This document shows positions 24,301-36,137 of a stretch of 64,000 bases of DNA, in pieces. Position 1 is the stretch's first letter, and each line of letters starts with the position of its first letter. The stretch is from Gracilinanus agilis. Lineage: Eukaryota. Both the position numbers and the translations under genes were made by a program. The notes under the pieces are model-generated. The model did not search any database and was not told the DNA's origin. It saw only the letters and a program-made list of their open reading frames with translations. Location: the NCBI RefSeq assembly GCF_016433145.1, contig NC_058133.1:257039560-257103559 (forward strand), given 5' to 3'.

Positions 24301-24647
24301 ATTCTTATAAGGATAGAAATTAGACCATAAAATGAACTTCCAAGCTTGAGGGAAGGGAATTGTAAGAGAGATTGTAGCCAGTGTAGAGAGGAAGCCCAAG
24401 GAGTCCATGAAGGGCTGGAGGGACAACCCCCCCCCCCAACACACACACACTCACACACACCAGAGAGGCCACTATCCTCTTATCTCCAGTGGACAGAATA
24501 GCTGTAGGTTTGTTACTGGTTGCCTTCTCATCCCCATTTGCTGACCAAATCATCCCAGCCTCTGGAACTGAGGTCTATTATCTAGCCCCTATTTCTGTCT
24601 TAGGGCACCCATCTCTCTGCGAAAACATTCTGGTATAGACACTCCCT

Positions 24648-27600
24648 ATGGCTTGCCTACTCTTTTACTTCTCGTTTCTCCTACTCCCATTCATCCCTCT
24701 GATCTCATCAGGTAAGTAGTGGCATGAGAGGCAGAGACTTGAAAATGTTTCCAGGATTAGGGTCGAAGAAGGGTTGGAGAAGGAGGGGTGGCCTGACGTT
24801 AGTGAGGAGGTCTTCACTGCCCGCAGCAATAAAAGAGAAGCCCCCATTACTACAGCCACACCCCACATCTAGCGATAAAATCAGGTCCAGGAGGCTGTGG
24901 AAACAATTAGGGTACAGGGCATAACCATTCTGATCCAAGAAGAGTAGGAGGGACTGCCTGGGGGCAGAGTGGGGGAAAGAAAAAGAGAGCAACTCAAATC
25001 TCTTTATCTTCCACTCTGTGGCAAACTTGTCTCCCGTGATGACTCTCTTTTAAGTTTCCTTTAGTTCACTCATCCAGTGTTTTCAGACTGCTTTTGGAAA
25101 AAGTCTTGAAAGGAAATATCTGGATCAGGTTTGGCCCATTTCCCTATTTTTTCCCAGTCTCTTTGCATAATTCTATTCTTGGGAGAGGGAGATAAGAAAG
25201 GAAAATCCATCAATTTTTGCCTTTCTAGCTAGAATTTGGTTATATCCCCCACAACATCTTTACACCTATATAAGGAAGAAACTTTTCTATTCTCTCCTCC
25301 AAGTCCATCCTACAACTTGAGGCATACTGTCCCACAGATAATAATGATGATGATGATGATGATGATCTAACATTTATATAATGCTCACTATGTGCCAGAA
25401 ATTGTGCTAAGTAAGCGCTTTACAGTTATGACCTCATTTGATTCTTTACAACAGTTCTGGAGGTTATCTTCATTTTACAGATGGGGAAACTGAGTCAAAC
25501 AAAAGCTAATTGACTCATTCAGAGACACATAACTAGTTAAGTGTCTGAAACAAGATCTTGATAAATCTAGACCCAGTGACACCTGGCACAACAAAGCCTA
25601 GGAAGGAGAAAAAGAAAAGAAGTAGGGCAGTCAGGTAGGGGTGGGGTGGGGTCTGTTCCCTCTTCTTGGACTAATCTCTACGATACCTCCTTCTTACACA
25701 GATGATATCTTGTCCTCCTATGTGGCGCTCAGGGAGTCTGTGGAACTCCCGTGCCCTGAACCACCTACCTTGTATGGAGATGAGATGTTATCGTGGTTCC
25801 GAAGCCCCGTGTCTGGAGCCCCTACTATCCCAGTGATCCGTGTCCAAGTGACCAAGAGGGGAAACGAAGCTAGGAAGATCTTGAAGGAAGTCAGGCTAAG
25901 TCTGCTGGGGAATAATTCCCTGTGGCTAGAAGGGGCTAAGGAAGAAGATGCAGGACGGTACTGGTGTGCTGTGCTCGGCGACTATGCCAAGTATCAGAAC
26001 TGGAGGGTGTACGACCTCTCTGTGATCAAAGGTGAGAGGGACTGAGAAAGTCTCTTGGCTATGGGAAGAAGAGAGGATGCAGAGGGCCAAGGTGGGTCTC
26101 AAAGGAAACAGAGAGAGGGAGAGGAGAAAGAATGTGATCTTGAAGACCCGCGCCAGGATCCTCTCTCATCCCGGTGATCCCTTTCCCTGTGAACCCTGGA
26201 TTCTGAAGATGATGAAGAAAGCCAGGCAAAACGCTGCTGGCTGTCTGGGTTGTTCCCTGTGGGTACAGGAGGAGCTTGGTGAATACAGGTAATGTAGTGG
26301 GTCTTTTTTTTTTTTTCCCCCAACAGGCTCCCAGCTATCAGCAAAGACTATGGATGGTTCTCTCTGTTCGATCCTGGTGTGTTCGGTGGTCTCAGCAGGG
26401 TTTCTGGACTCTGTGATTTGGGTGGAAGGGAAAGGGAAAGTCAAGGGGAAGATGGAGTCTTTCAAAGGAAAGGATGCCTCTCTTCTCATGGTGTGTCCTC
26501 TGGAGGGCCCCTCAGAGTCTCGTACCCGGAGGACCAGGAGCATCCGTTGTATTTTCCCCCAGAATAAGGGCATCAGTTTCAACTTGACAGGTGAATTTGG
26601 GGAATGGGAATAAAATAAAATAATAGTTCCCATTTGTATGGTTCTCTAAGATTAAAAAAAAAATCCTTTCCTCTCAATAACTGTGTATAATAGATAGTGA
26701 TATAGAATTGTATTATTACTGTTATTATTATTGTCAACCCATTTGTAAGAGTATTGTTGTTGGGTCATTTCAGTCATGTCTGACTTTCTGGCCCTATTTT
26801 GGGTTTTCTTAGCAAAGATACTGGAATGCTTTGCCATTTCCTTCCCCGCCTCATTTTTACAAACAAGGAACTGAGGCAGAGTTGAATGACTTACCCAGGG
26901 TCATCTAGCTAGTGTCTGAGGTAGGATTTGAATTCATGAAGATGAGTCTTCCTGATTCTAAGCCCCAGTGCTCTATCTACTGTGCCACCTAGCTGCCCAT
27001 GATAGTGTAAAAACTGGAATTGTGATCCTTAAAGTTATTATGAGAATAACTCATAGAAGGGAAAGGATGATGAAATCCAAGGACTTTTTAGTGGAACAGT
27101 CTGCAATCTAAAATTATTAAATGCAATGCATTTTTGGAAGAGGAGTAAAAAAGGAAGAAAATAACCCTCAAAATATTTTCAGATGGAATTGCTGTTATAG
27201 AAGGGATATGTGTTCACTGAGACTAGAATGGCAGAAAAGAGTGATGTCATAAGGTTAAGTGCAGCATAATCCATTTCCAGAGATTGAAGAAGAACCATGG
27301 AAAGGAAAAAGAAACTAGCCACTTATTTCAGGAAGAAAGGATCATAACAGAAAGTTTTCAATGGGATAGTGTGAGATAGGGGGAAAGGTAAAATTAATTT
27401 TCATGTACTATTTCCTTACGAAAAGAATTGGCCCTTGTTATTAAGAAGTTGGGACATAATAGGGTTTTTCTCTTTGAGATTGAGGTGCAAACAGTAGAAA
27501 GTGTGGAGACAGGTTGTTCTAGTCACACCTGCAATTTCACAGAAGGTAGAAGTCTTCTATTGTGAGAAGAAAAATAAGGTAGTGGAAAAAATATGACCCG

Positions 27601-28955
27601 GGATCCTAACTAGCTGTGTGACCTCAGGTAAGTTATTTTACCTTTCTGATATCCTCTGTAAAAAGACAGGGTTGGAATAAATGAAAAGATCTCTGCCAGT
27701 ACTAGAATTCTGTAAATCTGTGCTATTTAGGGGAGCAATTCCCTAATCAAAATGACCTATTTTTATAAGGAATATAATTTGGAATGAGGATGAAGGCCTT
27801 TCCATTGGCTTCCACACATCCCTACCTGACCCCCACATTCCTCATCCTCATCCTGAGTTCACATTCCACTTCAAACACTTACTAACTATTTGATCCTGGG
27901 TAAATCACTTAACCCCTTTCAGCCTCAGTTCCTCTATCTATAAAATGGGGGTAGAAATAACACCTATAATGCCATGGTTAACTGGGAAGGGAGATGCACA
28001 TACATACCTGGGAAGGGGGAGGAAATAAGAAGGTGACATTAAAGGGCAGAGAGAAGGAGACTAAGGAGCAAAGAGAGAATGAAGGAAAGAGAAGGGCCAA
28101 GAGAAAGAAAGACTGAGAGGGCAAAGAGAACTGAAGAGATTAAGAAATAGATGGATAAGATAGAAATAACACCAAATAGAAAAAATATGAGATTGCTGCA
28201 AGGATCAAAATAGATAATGGTATAAAGTACTTTGTAAATCTTATGGAGACAAATAAAATTATTATTATTTTCTTTTTTGGTTGCAGCCTCCCCAGATGCC
28301 CTTCCTGCCCACTGTGTGGTCTCTGTGTCCTGGGATATCCAAAAGATTCTGTTGCTGCTTTGTGTTCTGGGGCAGGGGGTTGCCATCTTGGCCCTGGGAA
28401 TAGTTCTCTGGAGACGTTGGAACCAGTACAGAGGTTTGTCCACCTTCTCCAGTATACACATGAACAAACGCAGACACATACGCACACAAGCACCCACCCT
28501 GAAAGAAGATATATTGGCAGAGAAGGAAGAGAAAAGGCATTTGGACAAAGATAGAGAAAGGGCTCTGGAACCCCAACTTTTTTTTGTTCCTTAGCCTCTA
28601 AACTCCCCATAATGTCTGATTGTAGGAGAGAGTGGGCAGTAAGAGGTGACCAGGAGTACATTTCTGATATGTGTGTATAAAATTCTCATGTCATTTCTTT
28701 ATACTCCTTTTTCCCAGATGACTCTACTCATTTCAAGCCAGAAACCCAAATTTATGAAAATATTCATTTGGCCATCCCCAGGTAAGGAAGGAACTGGAGG
28801 ACCTGATGTATTAGTTCCTAATATAGTGGGATGAGGAGACAAAGACCCCAGGTATTAGAAGAAAGGAGGGTTTGCTAGTAGTTTATTTCTCTATTTTTCT
28901 TACCCATCTTCTCCTTCCCCTATCTCTCAGCCCACCTGCTCCCAGGACCATGTGA
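24648..28955 (+). CDS. LY6G6F: Lymphocyte antigen 6 family member G6F (G6f), platelet Ig-superfamily type I membrane receptor, 297 aa
   Basis: Exons: 24648-24711 (signal peptide MACLLFYFSFLLLPFIPLISS), 25702-26031 (IgV, VELPCPEPP...EEDAGRYWCAVLG), 26327-26590 (second Ig-like domain), 28287-28433 (TM ILLLLCVLGQGVAILALGIVLW), 28718-28781 (FKPETQIYENIHLAIP), 28931-28955 (SPPAPRTM*). Phases are consistent and the YENI motif is as in human G6f. Exon 1 rests on a hydrophobic ATG ORF ending at a GTAAGT donor. Confidence 0.93.
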
Positions 28956-29638
28956 TATCTATGAGAAGGGATCTGGAGGTCTCCTTGGAAACCCAAGATG
29001 AAAGGAAGCCCTGTTACCTCATCAAAAACTTGGGGGCTTGGGAGATTGTACTATCAACCATTCTTCTTGTCTCCTCTGGAGAGAGCTGTTGAAGGGAGGG
29101 AAGAGAGGGAAAAGGATGTTTCATAAATGAAATGATGTTGTTATTTGTCTCTTAGTGTACACCCAAGCCAGTCTCAACACGTCGGGGAATGCTATGCTGT
29201 GGTTACCTGGGAAGGGGAAGGCACATAATGCAGCAGTCAGGAGATAATATTAAAGGACAGAAAGAAGGAGACTAAGGAGCAAAGGGAAGAATAAAACTGA
29301 AGGAAAGAGAGGGGCCGGGAGAAGGAAAGACTGAGAGGGCTAAGAGAAGAACTGAAGAAATAAGAAGGAAACTGAGAGAGAGAAACTAATGGGCAGATTG
29401 AAAAGAAAAACTTAAAGGTGGACACATCTCACATTATCTCATCCTCCAAAAGTGAGTTATGAGAGAAAGCAAAATTATCAGGTGCTGGCTAATCTCCTAA
29501 TATTATATATCTAGAGAGAACTAGAGGGACAATTGCCACTTTACCAGAAGGATGGATGAATTCAAGCCATAAAGAGCTTCAGCAAGAAAAATCCCACCAG
29601 TTTTGTTCATAATTTCATTCTCTACATACTCAAATATA

Positions 29639-29673
29639 CAAATATATATATATATGTACATATATATATATAC
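29639..29673. repeat. (TA)n microsatellite
   Basis: Directly visible, imperfect. Confidence 0.8.
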
Positions 29674-31176
29674 ATCAACAAACACCTATATGCACCCTTC
29701 ACTTTAATTTTCCCAGAGAGTAAAGTCCAAACCACAGTTTCTAGAACTGGTATTACCCAGACCCTCTCCATTGCCCATGAATCTCCCAGTTTCCTATCAT
29801 GTGTCCTCACTCTTCTAGCCACCACATCTTCTGAGGACTTGTGGACCCATGGATTGGATGTCGTGGTTACTCTTTTGAATATTCAGGCTAAAGAGGACAA
29901 TTTATCCCCTTCCCCCTAGGACTTTAAGGGATAGTTGGCCACTTGCCAGCATCTAGGTTAACTCAGGCTCCAAAGACATTATCTCCACGATACCGGCTCC
30001 CTTTCCAAAGACAACTCCCTCATATCTCTTTCCCCTCCTCCTCCAATGGAAAAACTTGGACTGGAAGTTTGGGATAGGGTGTGGGGAATGTGACACCCAC
30101 CTTCTGTAACTCCTGAGGACCTCTAGAAAAGAAGAAATGTGCAGAAAATGAAACTCCCCCTATCTCATGATCTCACCCCATGGAAAAGCTCTCTTATTGC
30201 TGTGATTTAAATTCTGTCCTGGGAGAGAAGGGGAGAAAGATACTCAATGACTGGATCTTGCCCCCCACCCCCTATTTGGGGTCCACAGCTTAGAGTAGAG
30301 GTTCTTAGGCTTTATGGGTCTCTGTATTCCTTGACTTTCAGTATACTTTCCCATACTCCTTCCTATTCAATTTAAAAGGAAATAAATTCTAGTGTTTACC
30401 CTACATGTATAAAGGAGAAATAAAGTAGAATAATTTCAATAATATGACATAGTTACCTACCGATATTCCCCATACCCCTTGACAAGCTTCTCCCATGGCA
30501 CTTCCGGTACACACATCCCAGGTTTAGAGTTTCTTTGACCTTCATCACCCTACTCCCTCTTCCCCAGCTTCCAAGTTACCTGAACCCACAGGAAGTGACT
30601 TAGAATGAGGAGAAAGGGGAAATGAGGTCCCTTTGAATTGCAATCTCTGGAACTGGAGAAGGGAAAGGAATTGGATTGTGATATCCTCCCTTTTTCAACA
30701 TATTCTCAATCCCTTTCCTGCTCCCCCCAAAAAATTCATCTCCCACTACTGAGAGTTCTGCTAGCTGCTCTAAGCCCAGAAGTCATTTACCCTTCTGAAA
30801 ACTTCCTCAGGATATATATGGTCTCTCTTTATATGGCAGCACCCTATCCCCTTTTCTTTCTCCTGCCCAAATCTTCCCATTACTACCTTCCAAACCTCAC
30901 CCAGGCTCTCTACCTTTATATACTGACCAAATGGATTAAGTGATTGAATAATTGATGTCTTTAGTAATATCTATAGAAATGGGAAGGGTGCAGAGTATTT
31001 CTAGGTTTCTGAGGGGACGCCCTTGGGAATATCAAGGGTCTCAAGAAATGCCTTAGGATAGGGGGTCCATAAGATTATATAGAGGGATACTATAATAGGG
31101 AAATAGGAAAGCAGATTTAGCCAGGCAGGCTGACAGGAGCTGTCATTCCAAACATTCTTTTCAATACTACTGCCTA

Positions 31177-32201
31177 TGAGGAAATAACAATGCTCAATAT
31201 GTATGCACCAAGTGGCATAGCATCCAAATTCATAAAGGAGAAACTGGCAGAGCTCAAGAAGGAAATAAATAGTAAAATCATACTAGTGGGAGATCTAAAT
31301 ATTCCGCTGTCAGATCTAGATAAATCAAACCAAAAAATAAATAAGAAAGAGGTAAGAGAGGTGAATGAAGTCCTAGAAAAATTATATTTAATAGATATGT
31401 GGAGAAAAATAAATAGGGACAAAAAGGAATACACCTTCTTTTCAGCTGCACATGGTACATTCACAAAGATTGACCATGTAATAGGGCATAGAAACATTGC
31501 AAACAAATGCAAAAGAGCAGAAATAATAAATGTAACCTTCTCAGATCATAATGCAATAAAAATAATAATTAGTAAGGGCACCTAGACAGGCAAATCAAAA
31601 ACTAATTGGAAGGGGCAGCTGGGTAGCTCAGTGGAGTGAGAGTCAGGCCTAGAGACGGGAGGTCCTAGGTTCAAACCCGGCCTCAGCCACTTCCCAGCTG
31701 TGTGACCCTGGGCAAGTCACTTGACCCCCATTGCCCACCCTTACCAATCTTCCACCTATGAGACAATACACAGAAGTACAAGGGTTTAAAAAAAAAAAAA
31801 AAAACTAATTGGAAATTAAATAATATGATTCTCCAAAACCAGCTAGTCAAAGAAGAAATCATAGAAACAATCAATTTCATTGAAGAGAATGACAATGATG
31901 AGACATCCTACCAAACTCTGTGAGATGCAGCCAAGGCAGTACTCAGGGGGAAATTTATATCCTTGAGTGCATATATTAACAAATTAGGGAGGGCAGAGAT
32001 TAATGAATTGGGTATGCAACTTAAAAAATTAGAAAGTGAACAAATTAAAAATCCCCAGATGAAAACTAAATTAGAAATACTAAAAATCAAGAGAGAAATT
32101 AATAAAATTGAAAGTAAAAGAACTATTGATTTAATAAATAAGACTAGAAGCTGGTATTTTGAAAAAAAAAACAGATAAAATAGACAAAGTACTGGTCAAT
32201 C
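31177..32201 (+). mobile_element. Internal L1 ORF2 fragment (endonuclease region) with 15-bp TSD, interrupted by a SINE
   Basis: Translates to LNMYAPSGIASKFIKEKL...IILVGDLNIPLS...YTFFSAAHGTFTKIDHVIGH...FSDHNAIKI, which is L1 EN. The direct repeat CAATACTACTGCCTA is at 31162-31176 and 32202-32216. Confidence 0.9.
31612..31800 (+). mobile_element. Young marsupial SINE nested in the L1 fragment
   Basis: CpGs are retained, the poly-A is long, and the TSD AAAACTAATTGGAA is present on both sides. Confidence 0.9.
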
Positions 32202-32849
32202 CAATACTACTGCCTACTAGAATAGGATGACTGAAACTGAGATCAAATGGACTAAAGCTGAACTTGGCTCAGTTTAGCTCTAGTCCTTGGCAGCACTAAT
32301 GACCACAAGTTATATAGAAATTCCCTTCCCAATAAATAGTAGGTAGTCCAAGAAAGCAGCCCAACATCTCTATCTTTAGAAACATAAAGGGAGTGTGGAT
32401 CAAAACTAGAAGAGGAAAGAGGGAGAATGAGCAAAGTATGGATTGAGGGCAGAGGAAGTCCCTGGGAGTAAGGTTGGGTAAGTTTGACCACCTATGCTTA
32501 CTTCTCCCACAGAACCTGAACAAAGCTTCAAGTCGAATAGTGGAGCCAATTGAGCAGGTGGAATAGAGAGTCCAGTTGGGAGAGTAGGTCTCAGACTACA
32601 CAGGACAGAGAAACAGACAAAGGGTTGTGGGAGAGACAGCACAACGAAAATATAGAAAGGAAGAGAAAGACTTACAGGGGAAAGAAACAGACATAAGTTC
32701 GTCAATAGAAAGTCATCATAGTATTGAAGGATTTAAAGATGGAAGGAATCATTGGAGATCATTTAGGCCTAGCTCCTCATTTTTCATTTGAGTTATTTGA
32801 GGAGATAGAGAACAATTGAGAGGGAGGAAAAGGAGAGAGAGGAGAAGGA

Positions 32850-32968
32850 GAGAGAAAGAGGGTGTGAGGAAGGAAGAGATATCAAGGAGGGAAGGAGGAA
32901 AAGAAGGAGAGAGAGAAAGAGGGTGAGAGAAAGGAAGAGATGTCAAGGAGGGAAGGAGGAAAAGAAAG
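32850..32968. repeat. Purine-rich ~60-bp tandem duplication
   Basis: AGAGAGAAAGAGGGTG...GAAGAGAT.TCAAGGAGGGAAGGAGGAAAAGAA occurs twice in tandem. Confidence 0.7.
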
Positions 32969-33780
32969 AGAAAGAAGATATCAGAGAAATTAAGAATGAT
33001 ACAGAGATAGAGAGGGAGACAAAGACTTGGAGATACAGAGAGATAAGGAGACACAGATAGAAAGAATGGAGAAAGACATCTGAGCCAAGACAATTTTATT
33101 AACAACATTTTACTTATAACTTGGAACTTAATAACTAGATTTTATATAGCATTTTAAAGCATTGTGCATGTTATCTCATTTGATCCTTCTAAAAACCCTG
33201 TGAGACCTATTTCTCTACCAGCTCACTTTCCTTCCCAACATAGGCATGAGGGTGACTGTATGCACAGATACCCATTCATCTCCTGGTTCTCACATCTCAC
33301 AGTCACCTACTTCCTGCTTACTTAAATAACCAAGGCCTAATATCCTTCTCCCCTCTTCCAATACTACTTTCACCCATCATTTCAAAGGTTTCCAGGTTCA
33401 TTGCTCCACAGCTAGAGAAAGCTGGGGAGGGGAGAGACTAGTGGTATATATGGAAGCAATATGGCTCAGCTCTCACCCACTATTCCAACAAAAATGAGGA
33501 AAGAGCACTGAACCCAACAGTGATCTAGTATTTCCAAGGAGAAACCACTATGAGTCATTTTTCTAGCTCATGTCAACATAAGGAGATAGGCAGAGGAGCC
33601 AGGAAGACCCTTACAAAACTTTCTAGCTTCTTGGCCTGAGCTGTCCCTGGGGTCCTTGAAGAATGCAGCATTCAATGTATGAGAAAAAAAAAAAAAAAAA
33701 AAGCAACAAGACCCAGAGAATACAGAACAGGAACAAACAAGATCCTAACATTCTCTCCAAAAATGGGGAGAGGCTAGCCC

Positions 33781-33974
33781 NNNNNNNNNNNNNNNNNNNN
33801 NNNNNNNNNNNNNNNNNNNNNNNNNNNNNNNNNNNNNNNNNNNNNNNNNNNNNNNNNNNNNNNNNNNNNNNNNNNNNNNNNNNNNNNNNNNNNNNNNNNN
33901 NNNNNNNNNNNNNNNNNNNNNNNNNNNNNNNNNNNNNNNNNNNNNNNNNNNNNNNNNNNNNNNNNNNNNNNNNN
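33781..33974. other. Assembly gap (194 N)
   Basis: Run of N. Confidence 1.
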
Positions 33975-34560
33975 AAGGAAGGAACAAAGAAAGAAAAAGA
34001 GAAATATAATAGAGAGCTACCATGGAGCCAGAGATGCCCAAATTAATTTAATTTAATTAAAAAAAAAGAGAGAAGAAAGGAGAGCACTAAAGTGTTTAGT
34101 AATAGATTCCCAAAAATTAGAATGCACCAAAAAAATGAATATACTACATGAAAAATAAGATTAGAACAATGTTCAAAGACTGAAAAAATGTACTTTCACA
34201 AATCAAAAACAACTGGTCCATAAAATGTTTCAGAGAAAATTTCATAAAATATCAAACTACTTTGAAAGCCACAATCCATCTCCACCTATGCTTTTTTAAA
34301 AATTAAAATAAAAATAAAAAGCCTGAGTACCACAGGTCAAGAAATCATGACTGAAACTCCAGGACAGAGTAAAAATACAATGAAAATCACCACTTACCTC
34401 CTGAAAGAAACCCTAAAATGAAAATTCCAATGAACATCATAGCCAAAACCCAAAGCTTCAAGGTCAAAGAAAAAATTTGCAGTCATCCCAAAAGATTTCA
34501 GGTATCTGAGATCACACAAGATTTGGCAGCTACCACCAAAAACAAGAAGGAAGGAAGGGG
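33975..34560 (+). mobile_element. Degenerate L1 ORF1-region fragment next to the assembly gap
   Basis: Shares motifs with the 3200-3850 segment (CTGAAAGAAA..CCTAAAATGAAAA; GAGATCACACAAGATTT). Confidence 0.55.
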
Positions 34561-34779
34561 ATTTCAAAGGTCAGAATAAGAAATCTCTGAATCTGATAGT
34601 AGTGTATCATCATGTGTCCTGGGATCCTCAAAACTTGGAAAGTCACTGGGTTACATTGGAAGGAACAGACAGATAAGCCCTGTCAGAGTATCTGGGAGAG
34701 AAAAAGCCTAGTGTTTCCCACATTCCTGCTCCTCTTAACCTGGGCAAGCCCTTTTCCCTCCCTCTATACTATATATTCT

Positions 34780-35400
34780 ATAATATAGTCTATATTCCTC
34801 TTTCCTCTAGTCTTTTACTCTAATGATATTGTCTTCTTTTCATATTATCTATCCACCTCAGGTATAAGTATTTTTTTCTTTCTTCATCTGTCATTTTTAC
34901 CTTAATTTTCCTTCCCTTTGTCTTTCTCATTCTGTTCTTTTTTTCTCTCTCCTCTTCTCTCTTCTCTTCTCTTCTTTTCTCTATTACATTTCTTTCTTTC
35001 CCATCTTGCTTCTTTTTCATTTTTCCTTCCCTTCCTATAATTTCCTTTCCTCACCATTCTTATCTTCTTTCTTCTTGTCATCTTTTTCCTTTTTTGTTCT
35101 CTTTTTCCTTGCCCATGTCTCTTATCATCTCCTCTATTTTTCTTTACTCTATCCTCCCTATACTTTCCCCTTCCCTCTTTCCTCTCCTTACTCTTCCTTT
35201 GTGATCTCTTGCTGTTCTTCCCACTTTTATTTTCTCTTCTCATTTTGTCTTACCTAGTACTCGCATCTCCTCTTTATTAATATTTTCCCCTTTTTCATTT
35301 TATGATTATGTTTGCATCTTCCTTCCACCTCTCCTCTATTTTTTCTCCCTCCCTCTTTTAATATATTGGTACTTCTATTAATCTTTTTCTCACATTGAAT
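34780..35400. repeat. Pyrimidine-rich low-complexity tract
   Basis: About 600 bp of mostly C/T; it accounts for several spurious K/R/E-rich ORFs. Confidence 0.8.
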
Positions 35401-36137
35401 TGAGATGTCCCCTAAATGTCTCTAACCTAAAGATATATGTGAAGAATGTGGGAACCTTTGGGAAGGTTATTAGGGTGTGTGGGGTGGGGTAGGGAAATGA
35501 CCCCACCCAGCCTCAGTTTCCTTTGATTCATTGGAGCTTCTATGTTTCTAAGTTAAGCTATAATTACTCCCTCCCAGTTTTACTACTATGAAAGAAAGAG
35601 TTAAATCATTGTTTTGTTTGGGGGAGATGGAGTTTGTGGAGAGACTAAGTAGAAGGATACAGAATATGGAAAGCTTAGGAGACTCAGTCAAGGGACACTG
35701 AGATCTCTTTTGGGATTGGGAAGGAAGGTGCCATTAATCAAGAGATAGGGAAGGCAGGGGCTTACAGTGCCTAGCACATAGTAAGCATTTAATAAAAGTT
35801 TCATCTAAAAAAAAAGGTTGAGAAAAGGCATGACTTTTTAGCAGAAGGATGTGAGGTTGGGGAACACTGAGATCTCTGGGAGACAAAGAGCTATCTGGAA
35901 AGGATTGGGGTGGGTATCATAGGGGCTTTAGAAGATGCTAAGGTCTCCTTCAAGTGATTACAGGCCCCACCCAAACCCTACCTGAGGCCCCCTGGCATGA
36001 TGAGGTGAGGCATGACTCTGCCTCCTTTTTTTTATTGCCCTGTAAAGCCCAGCACCAGGGGTATGTATATAAGCCACTTGCTTTGTCGTGGAGGGTGGGA
36101 GGGAGGGAGGAAGAGAGACTAGAGGAAAAGTAACAGG

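Noticed and set aside
24708-24992. 94-aa minus-strand ORF with a good acceptor, antisense to LY6G6F exon 1/intron 1
   Set aside because: No upstream exon or homology could be supported. The LLDLILS motif may be a LINE remnant.
25641-25701. Track's upstream start (MGWGLFPLLG...) for LY6G6F exon 2
   Set aside because: It starts at GTG in intronic sequence. A canonical acceptor at 25701 and a separate signal-peptide exon explain the gene better.
28039-28661. 169-173 aa minus-strand ORFs
   Set aside because: Antisense shadows of LY6G6F exon 4 plus purine-rich repeat.
31190-32178. ORFs of 60-131 aa as host genes
   Set aside because: They are L1 ORF2 fragments with stops, or their antisense.
33663-34046. 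ORFs spanning the N run
   Set aside because: Artefacts of the assembly gap.
34820-35257. K/R/E-rich and F/S/L-rich ORFs
   Set aside because: Translations of a low-complexity purine/pyrimidine tract.
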